Below, piece after piece: positions 57,414 through 64,000 of a DNA stretch of 64,000 bases (its first letter is position 1; the number at the start of each line of letters is the position of its first letter). This DNA comes from an uncultured Candidatus Saccharibacteria bacterium. GTDB lineage: Bacteria; Patescibacteriota; Saccharimonadia; CAILAD01; CAZGYV01. Where the stretch lies: positions 15,829 through 79,828 of the forward strand of contig CAZGYV010000001.1 in NCBI GenBank assembly GCA_964530725.1. The letters run 5' to 3'. Position numbers and translations under genes: made by a program. A model generated the notes under the pieces. The model searched no databases. It saw nothing but the letters and a program-made list of their open reading frames with translations, and was not told where the DNA came from.

Positions 57414-59387
57414 CTAATTCGGCCGGCCGCCAAAATACCATTTCAAGCTGTTGCGCACCACCGGAGCCGCGAAATCTGCTCCTTCGCCAGAGTTTTCAAC
57501 CAATACCACCATGACGACTTTCGGGTTATCAGCTGGCGCGTAGGCCGTAAACCAGGCGTGCGGCTTAGTTCGCGGATTCTTACCATCAAAACCCTCCGAG
57601 CTTGTCTCGGCCGTACCAGTCTTACCAGCCACCGATACTGGTACTTCGCCCTTGAATTTGCAGCAAGCCGTACCTTCCTCGATCGCCCCACGCATGCCCT
57701 GCTGGACCACCCGCAAATACTCGGATTTCACAACATCCTTATCGACTATCTCCGGCTTAATCTGACGTATTACCTTGCCATCGGGCGAAACCACCTCTTT
57801 GGCCAAATGCGGCTTGTAGATGGTGCCACCGTTCGCAATCGCACTGGTCGCTATTAACATTTGGAGTGGCGTGGCTCGTAAATCGCCCTGACCAATTGAT
57901 AGGTTATAGGTATCGCCAACGAACCAGCTTTCCTTGGTGCGAGCTTTTTTTGTCTCTGGACTTGGCACCGAGCCAGCTGATTCGTCTGCTATATCGAGGC
58001 CGGTTTTACGGCCAAAGCCAAATTTATGATAATAATTCAAAAGCTTTGTAATGCCTAGGCCGCGAAACTGCTCAAAGCCGCCGCCGACCATGTAGTAAAA
58101 GATATCTGAGCTCCAAGCTATAGCTCGTACCACATTGACAACCCCCAGCCCCTCCGGCTTCCAGCCTTTAAAGGTATAAACAATCGAGGGATTGTACTGG
58201 TTCTTGACTTCCAACTTGCCCCTATCGACTACCGTTGTCGATGGACTAACTACACCTTCCTGCAGCGCCGCCGCCGAGACGATCGGCTTAATCACTGAGC
58301 CGACCGGATAACCGCCAATGGTGGCCTTGTTAAACAATGGCTTATTCGGGTCATTGAGAAGCTTTTGGTAATCTGCTTGGCTAATACCGGCCGCAAAGAG
58401 ATTATTGTCATAGCTTGGATAGTTAACTGCCGCCAGTATCTGGCCATTACTCGGATCCATCGCCACCGCCACGCCGCGGCCAGAGCCAGCCCGATCAACC
58501 TCAGCTTTGAGATATTGAGCGACTTTCTTCTCAAAGCCATTATCAACGCTCAATACCAGACTGTTGCCTGGCTTAGCGTCAGCCGAGGCCAGAGAACGAA
58601 CTTGGCGGCCGCTAGCGTCAACTTCTACCTGCTCGCTACCATCCATGCCTTTAAGGTCCTGCTCGTAAGCCTTCTCGAGGCCATTTTTACCAATATTGTC
58701 AGTCGGCTGATAATCAGGGTGGCGCTTAACCTCTTCGGCCGAAATACGGCCAATGTAGCCAATAAAATGCGATAACAAGCCGCCATCCAGATATTCACGC
58801 GAAGGATTGGTGTCGATCGAAAAGCCGATTACCTGGCGTGATTTTTCATCAAGCGCCAAAGCCTTGTCGCGCTCTACCTTGTCAGTGATTAAAATCGGCT
58901 GCGGGTAATCGAGCCCTTTGCTCTCGGCTATTTTTTTAATCTCGTCCTCGCTGCGATTGATTAACTTGGCAACCACGCCATAGGCCGCAGTCCGCTCTTC
59001 GGCCTTATTTGCCAGCTGACTCGGGACGACTACTAGATCAAAATTTGCCACATTACGAGTCAATAGCTCGTTATTACGATCATAAATCGCTCCGCGCGGC
59101 GCCCTGATCACCTTCTGCCTAATGCGATTGTCATTAGCCAGCAAAGCATTGCGCTGACCATTGACAACTTGGAGGTCAAACAACCGCCCTATTAGCACCA
59201 AGACGACGACACCGATGACAGCGACTAAGTATTTCAGATAACCCCCACCCAGCGGCTCTTCTATCTGGCCGCCTTCGCTGCCGGCCAAAATAGCCGTCGA
59301 CCAATTTTCGCTAGCACGAACCTTCTCCTCCTTCTTAGAGGTTTTATAGCTATAAGCGTCTTCCTTAAAATTGCCAAAAAGACTCAT
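57414..59387 (-). CDS. mrdA: Penicillin-binding protein 2 (elongasome transpeptidase)
   Basis: N-terminal TM + dimerisation domain, transpeptidase SxxK (GSVIKP), SxN, KTG(T) (AGKTGTAE). Confidence 0.85.
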   Translation of the reverse strand: MSLFGNFKEDAYSYKTSKKEEKVRASENWSTAILAGSEGGQIEEPLGGGYLKYLVAVIGVVVLVLIGRLFDLQVVNGQRNALLANDNRIRQKVIRAPRGAIYDRNNELLTRNVANFDLVVVPSQLANKAEERTAAYGVVAKLINRSEDEIKKIAESKGLDYPQPILITDKVERDKALALDEKSRQVIGFSIDTNPSREYLDGGLLSHFIGYIGRISAEEVKRHPDYQPTDNIGKNGLEKAYEQDLKGMDGSEQVEVDASGRQVRSLASADAKPGNSLVLSVDNGFEKKVAQYLKAEVDRAGSGRGVAVAMDPSNGQILAAVNYPSYDNNLFAAGISQADYQKLLNDPNKPLFNKATIGGYPVGSVIKPIVSAAALQEGVVSPSTTVVDRGKLEVKNQYNPSIVYTFKGWKPEGLGVVNVVRAIAWSSDIFYYMVGGGFEQFRGLGITKLLNYYHKFGFGRKTGLDIADESAGSVPSPETKKARTKESWFVGDTYNLSIGQGDLRATPLQMLIATSAIANGGTIYKPHLAKEVVSPDGKVIRQIKPEIVDKDVVKSEYLRVVQQGMRGAIEEGTACCKFKGEVPVSVAGKTGTAETSSEGFDGKNPRTKPHAWFTAYAPADNPKVVMVVLVENSGEGADFAAPVVRNSLKWYFGGRPN

Positions 59388-59899
59388 TTTAACTTACCCA
59401 GTTTATAGGTGTGGCTAGTCTTATTGCGGCCGGTGATAGTATAGATCACCCCAAAAGCCACAAAGGCCAGTACTACATTATATAACACTTCAATACCCAA
59501 AAACTTAAGCGAGTACAAGTCAAGAGACTGATTAGGAGTCCCAATCAAGCCCAGCGACATCACAATCGAATAAAAAACCGTGCCGAAGCCGATTACAATT
59601 AGCGCATAAGTATTGCGCGCCGGTGATTCGCCGAGGGAAAGAATAATTTTGATAATGATCACCAATAAAACATAAAAAGCCATATTGATACCAAAATCAT
59701 TACCACTGTATAGATCGAGAATGAAGCCGCCGCCAAGAGCTAGCCATACAAGGCTCGAATAATCCCAAAATAAACTGGCTACGACCAAATAAACCAATAA
59801 AAAGTTAGGCGTTACCCTGTTTTGACCGACCAAGCTAAGCGCTGACGCTTGAGCGAACACGGCCGCGAGCATTAAGCCGATTTGCCAGACGCGGCGCAT
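59384..59899 (-). CDS. mreD: Rod shape-determining protein MreD
   Basis: Small polytopic membrane protein directly after mreC, overlapping mrdA start. Confidence 0.65.
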   Translation of the reverse strand: MRRVWQIGLMLAAVFAQASALSLVGQNRVTPNFLLVYLVVASLFWDYSSLVWLALGGGFILDLYSGNDFGINMAFYVLLVIIIKIILSLGESPARNTYALIVIGFGTVFYSIVMSLGLIGTPNQSLDLYSLKFLGIEVLYNVVLAFVAFGVIYTITGRNKTSHTYKLGKLK

Positions 59900-60693
59900 T
59901 ACTTCTGCCCCAACACCACAAAAACAATCTCAAGCTTGGATGTATTCACGAGCGGGCGTAAATGGGCCGTTTGGAACAAGGCATTGTCACTGCGATCGAC
60001 AGCCTCGACTTGACCGATCAAGATACCGCGCGGAATGATATCCGAGCCGGCCGTAATCACAGTCTCGCCAGGCCTGATCGATTCGCTTTGGGCGATTTTT
60101 TCCATCTCATAACCTTCACCAAGCTGTCCCTTGACAACACCGCTGGCTCTGCCCTCCTGACCAAGCCCTAAAATTCTAAACTCAGGGTCATCAATTAAAA
60201 ATATTTTGGCGCTGTAATCATTCACCTCCTCAACCTCACCGACAAGAACGCCACCAGAGACGGCCGCCATGCCCTTTTTGATATTACTCGAGGCACCCCG
60301 ATCGATCGTTAGATACTTGCGCACATTGTCAGGATTGTAGCCAACCACCCTGGTTGGCACTAGGTCGAGCGACAAGCGAGCGTTGAAGCCGACTTGCTTG
60401 CGCAAAATATCGTTTTCTTTCGATATTTCCTGCATATCTGACAACTGTTTTTTGAGCTCCAGCACCTCAGCTTCGAGCTGCTTATTTTTATTACCAAGAC
60501 TTGTCAGCGAGCCAAACAATCCAACCGTGTCGCTAATATTACGAGCCGAGGCCGTGAAAAACCGACCAACCGGGCTAAAAGCCTGGTCGAATACTATGCG
60601 CAACGGCCACAAAAGCCCAGTGAGTTGCAACACGACGATAATAATACCGACGGACAACACCGTAATAGTAGTAAAGCGAATTTTCCTCTTCAT
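59899..60693 (-). CDS. mreC: Rod shape-determining protein MreC
   Basis: N-terminal TM, coiled coil, C-terminal beta domains; between mreB and mreD. Confidence 0.8.
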   Translation of the reverse strand: MKRKIRFTTITVLSVGIIIVVLQLTGLLWPLRIVFDQAFSPVGRFFTASARNISDTVGLFGSLTSLGNKNKQLEAEVLELKKQLSDMQEISKENDILRKQVGFNARLSLDLVPTRVVGYNPDNVRKYLTIDRGASSNIKKGMAAVSGGVLVGEVEEVNDYSAKIFLIDDPEFRILGLGQEGRASGVVKGQLGEGYEMEKIAQSESIRPGETVITAGSDIIPRGILIGQVEAVDRSDNALFQTAHLRPLVNTSKLEIVFVVLGQK

Positions 60694-60895
60694 GCAACCT
60701 TATTTTACCATTTATTGAGATGGGTTTGTGATAGAATTCTGATCTTAGATTCTTTATAAGAAAAATAATACCGAGACGCATTTATAAGAATGGAGTTCAA
60801 GGAAGAAATGAGAATCGTAGAGAGGCGTAGTTTGCACTACGTCGAGCGAGACTCGCAATTTCTGACGCAGAAGTACGTCTTAAAAATGTGTCGAT

Positions 60896-61948
60896 CTACC
60901 GCGGTGTTTTTTCATATTGGGTGGAGACCAGCACATCCTTCAAACTATCAATATCCTCCAAGACCAGCCCCGTACCCCGTACCACCGCAGTCAATGGATC
61001 CTCGGCAATATGAATGGGCATCTTGGTTTGTTGATTTAGTAGTTTGTCTAGTCCGCGCAGCAAAGCCCCACCGCCAGCCAAATAAATGCCCTTGTCCATG
61101 ATGTCAGCGATCAGCTCAGGCGGCGTTTCCTCGAGAGTATTTTTAACCGCGTCGACGATCGAGCGCACGCTTTTGGCTAACGCCTGACGTACCTGATCGG
61201 ACGTAATAATGATTTCCTTTGGCAGGCCGGTTACGATGTCACGACCGCGGATCGGTGCCTCGATTTCCTCATCGATCTTACAGGCTGAGCCGACATTGAT
61301 TTTAATAGCTTCTGCCGTACGCTCACCTACCTGAAGATTGAATTTCTCCTTAGCATAGTTGATGATATCCTCGGTCAGTTCATCACCAGCAATGCGAATC
61401 GAGCGACTGGCCACGATCCCGCCCAAGCTAATCACCGCCACTTCACTGGTGCCGCCACCAATATCAACTATCATCGAGCCGGCGGCCTCATGCACCGGCA
61501 GGCGACTGCCGACTGCTGCTGCCATCGGCTCCTCGATCAGGAAAGCTTGGCGCGCGCCGGCGTTAGTAGTAGCGTCTTCGACCGCTCTTTTTTCGACTTC
61601 GGTCACTCCCGAAGGAATACCAATCACGACCCGCGGGCGGGGAAAAAAGGCGAAGCTCTCTTTGTGAACCTTCTCAATAAAATACTTAAGCATTTGCTCG
61701 GTGATTTCAAAATCACTAACAACGCCGTCGACCAAAGGCCTCGAAGCGACAATGTAAGCCGGCGTCTTACCGACCATCGTCTTGGCCTCCTCGCCGATCG
61801 CTAAAATCTGCTTCGTCTTAGTATTGATCGCGACCACACTGGGCTCGTTGATAATTATCCCCTTACCACGAACATAGACCAAGGTGTTTGCCGTACCCAG
61901 GTCTATGCCAATGTCGTGCGAAAATCTTCCTAGAATTTTTTTTAACAT
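60896..61948 (-). CDS. mreB: Rod shape-determining protein MreB
   Basis: IGIDLGTANTLVYV, VDIGGGTSEVAVI, YLAGGGALLRGLDKLL. Confidence 0.9.
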   Translation of the reverse strand: MLKKILGRFSHDIGIDLGTANTLVYVRGKGIIINEPSVVAINTKTKQILAIGEEAKTMVGKTPAYIVASRPLVDGVVSDFEITEQMLKYFIEKVHKESFAFFPRPRVVIGIPSGVTEVEKRAVEDATTNAGARQAFLIEEPMAAAVGSRLPVHEAAGSMIVDIGGGTSEVAVISLGGIVASRSIRIAGDELTEDIINYAKEKFNLQVGERTAEAIKINVGSACKIDEEIEAPIRGRDIVTGLPKEIIITSDQVRQALAKSVRSIVDAVKNTLEETPPELIADIMDKGIYLAGGGALLRGLDKLLNQQTKMPIHIAEDPLTAVVRGTGLVLEDIDSLKDVLVSTQYEKTPR

Positions 61949-62011
61949 AGGCCCCGCTATTTACCTAAGTTTAACAATATTATTAGCATTGCCGCAAGAT
62001 TAGATTGGTAC

Positions 62012-62749
62012 TTAACTGTTCAAAAGTACAAAAAAAGCAATGGAATTGTTGAGCGTGTGCAGTATAATTCCTGGCCCAATCGAACGAAACCTAATATACA
62101 TAATCGACAGAATAACACCCAGTATGAATGTATAGATACCAACATTGACTTGCATGTGCATGGCGCCGAATAGCGCGCTGGAGAGAATAACACCAGCGAA
62201 ATTACCCCATTTAGCACTAAAAGGCGGCAACAAAAAACCGCGAAAATAAACTTCTTCAATAAATGGCGCGATCAATACCGATACGATGAAGCTGCCTATC
62301 AAGCCTGCTCCCCTGCGACCAAGCTCGAAACCACTTTTCTGTGTCTCATTAAGGTTAATCTGCGGCAGCAGCACACTCACCAGCAGATAAACTACAAAAA
62401 GTACGGCTACAAAAAGTACAAATAGCGTAAGAATCGTTAAGAGCGCCCGCCAAACATTGAACCGGCGTAAACCAAAATCAGCTAGCTTAAGTTTGTAACG
62501 ACGCTTTACCCCAAAAAGCAAGCCTACTTCGATTGCAATACTCATGACAATCCTCGTCAGAGCCGAGGCGACGCCATCACCTAATATAAACTTCGATACA
62601 GTAGACGGCAAAATCCCCAGCTTAGCCATCCCAATCGTCGAGAGTAAAATCATTAGCGGAATAATCACCGTCAAGGCCACCACTACAAATGCCGCCGAAG
62701 CGGACCAGCTAGTGCCGGCAAACGAGCTTTTTTTCAACCAGCCGATCAT
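62012..62749 (-). CDS. CPBP family intramembrane glutamic endopeptidase (CAAX protease/Abi-like)
   Basis: FIEEVYFRGFL (EExxxR) and FGAMHM (FxxxH) motifs in TM helices. Confidence 0.7.
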   Translation of the reverse strand: MIGWLKKSSFAGTSWSASAAFVVVALTVIIPLMILLSTIGMAKLGILPSTVSKFILGDGVASALTRIVMSIAIEVGLLFGVKRRYKLKLADFGLRRFNVWRALLTILTLFVLFVAVLFVVYLLVSVLLPQINLNETQKSGFELGRRGAGLIGSFIVSVLIAPFIEEVYFRGFLLPPFSAKWGNFAGVILSSALFGAMHMQVNVGIYTFILGVILSIMYIRFRSIGPGIILHTLNNSIAFFVLLNS

Positions 62750-63831
62750 CGCAAACGCGTAATATCAGTCACCGATACGATTATCATCAGAAGGATTAGA
62801 GCAGCAAAGCCGGCAATATGAACGAGATTCTCGACCCGCCCACTCACTTTTAAGCCCATCTTGTCCAGTACCACGATTAGCAAACGTCCGCCATCGAGAG
62901 CTGGAATGGGCAAAGCATTGATAATAGCAAGCGATAGTGAAATCGAAGCGACCAGAGCTATCAGGTAGCGCCAACCAAATTTAAACACTTCCCCGAAAAT
63001 TGCCGTAATGCCAATCGGGCCAGTCACGCCCTCACTGACTTTGGCGTGCAAAAACAAATTAGTTATAAGCCCGCCAAAAGCTGCCAAGGTCGCCCAAGTC
63101 ATTTGGCCTATCATCACAGCCGCAGCCAAGGGCGCGGCCCACCAATCGTAGCGGTAAAGCTGCTCGGGCATTGTCGCGACGCCGAATATGCCATTGCCAC
63201 TATCTTGCCCCGGCAGGCGCACAATTACGTCACGCTGGCGCTGATCACTCTCAACCACGAACCGAACTTCAGACCCAGCATGAGACTTTGTGAAATTACG
63301 AAATCCTTCGACCGTCGTGACCGCCTCGCCATTGGCAGACAATATCCAATCACCAGTCTTAAGACCAGCTTGTTGCGCCAAGGAATCTTTACTGACCTGC
63401 AATACCATCAAGTGATTTGGCCCCATGGCGTGTGGCTGGACTGGGCCGAAAGCCGGCATCGAGCCGGTAATAAGCGGCGGCATGCCAGTGGCTACTAGTA
63501 GTGTCACCAGTAAATAAGCGAAAATTAAGTTCATTGTCACGCCGGCTAGAAGAATCTTTGTCTTCACCCAGGCCCGCTGACCACTAAAACTATCCTTTGA
63601 TTTGTCGTCACCGGTTTCACCTTTGATTTTGACAAAACCGCCTAGCGGCAAAGCGTTTACGCTGTACAAAACGCCGTTCTTCTTCTTGCCCCACAGGCGC
63701 GGCGGGAAGCCGACACCAAATTCATCGACTCTCACGCCATTACGCCGAGCAACTACAAAATGACCCCATTCGTGAATCACTACTAAAAAGGTAAAAACTA
63801 AAAGAACCGCCAAAATCGTAAGTATAATCAT
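62746..63831 (-). CDS. rseP: RIP zinc metalloprotease RseP (site-2 protease) with PDZ domain
   Basis: HEWGHFVVAR (HExxH), PDZ region, C-terminal LDGG motif (ALDGGRLL). Confidence 0.85.
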   Translation of the reverse strand: MIILTILAVLLVFTFLVVIHEWGHFVVARRNGVRVDEFGVGFPPRLWGKKKNGVLYSVNALPLGGFVKIKGETGDDKSKDSFSGQRAWVKTKILLAGVTMNLIFAYLLVTLLVATGMPPLITGSMPAFGPVQPHAMGPNHLMVLQVSKDSLAQQAGLKTGDWILSANGEAVTTVEGFRNFTKSHAGSEVRFVVESDQRQRDVIVRLPGQDSGNGIFGVATMPEQLYRYDWWAAPLAAAVMIGQMTWATLAAFGGLITNLFLHAKVSEGVTGPIGITAIFGEVFKFGWRYLIALVASISLSLAIINALPIPALDGGRLLIVVLDKMGLKVSGRVENLVHIAGFAALILLMIIVSVTDITRLR

Positions 63832-63891
63832 GTGTCTATTTTAGCATAAATGCTAAAAATTAATTTTTACCCATGGCGAGCGAATTTGCCC

Positions 63892-64000
63892 TTACGCCCC
63901 GAAACGGCGCTTGCGCTTCTTGTATTCTGCCACCACTCCATCGAGCGTCTTTTCGTCAAATTCAGGCCACGATTTATCGATAAACATCAGCTCGGCATAA
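63892..64000 (-). CDS. uppS: Partial CDS (C-terminal end): undecaprenyl-diphosphate synthase-like (cis-prenyltransferase)
   Basis: C-terminus ...SWPEFDEKTLDGVVAEYKKRKRRFGA* matches UppS tail (LWPDF...RERRFGG); classical uppS-(cdsA)-rseP neighbourhood. Confidence 0.55.
   Translation of the reverse strand, partial: YAELMFIDKSWPEFDEKTLDGVVAEYKKRKRRFGA

Noticed and set aside
1-64000. Searched for CRISPR arrays, rRNA genes, IS/transposase genes.
   Set aside because: No direct-repeat/spacer arrays, no rRNA-like sequence, no DDE transposase motifs. The only recombination gene is the serine recombinase.

Overview
This 64 kb window comes from a bacterium with about 48-50% GC in its core genes. The gene content is small-genome and Gram-positive-like: sortase with LPXTG-type substrates, a PcsB-like CHAP hydrolase behind ftsEX, a class-I LysRS, type IV pilin genes and two mreB copies. 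That is compatible with a Patescibacteria/Saccharibacteria-like epibiont, but this is inferred from gene content only. Most of the window is housekeeping genes on the minus strand: rseP, CPBP protease, mreB-mreC-mreD-mrdA, greA, lysK, serS, hpf, secA, murD, prfB-ftsE-ftsX-pcsB-like-ctpA, pyrG, rpmA, xseA/xseB, murA, a second mreB, wall-glycopolymer glycosyltransferases, gltX, plus tRNA-Leu(CAA) and tRNA-Glu(CUC).

Three regions stand out from this background.
- An AT-rich (~35-38% GC) ~7 kb islet (3.75-11.0 kb) carries a 1223-aa KAP/YobI-like P-loop NTPase with transmembrane helices inserted in the NTPase domain, a small membrane protein, a structured intergenic element and a consensus sigma70 promoter driving a small ORF plus a large serine recombinase. 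The recombinase 3' end overlaps the 3' end of tRNA-Glu on the opposite strand. This is a candidate integrative defense island.
- A ~4.4 kb GC-rich (~62-67% GC) block (44.8-49.1 kb) holds six tightly coupled minus-strand ORFs of unknown function and two GC-rich U-less hairpins. Two paralogous membrane-anchored Pro/Thr/Gly-rich proteins share a conserved extreme C-terminal motif (G[ST]STN[IV]G[GS]FG[DG]). This is the best candidate for an undescribed, horizontally acquired system, possibly from a high-GC actinobacterial host.
- A surface-structure locus (11.1-17.9 kb) holds a DUF3048 protein, an archaeal-type SipW signal peptidase with an unusual C-terminal TM/Asn-Thr-rich extension, a TasA/camelysin-like SipW-cognate protein and a paralogous small protein. 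It is followed by three overlapping type IV (pseudo)pilin genes, one of which appears to start at a non-canonical ATT codon.

No CRISPR array or rRNA was seen.
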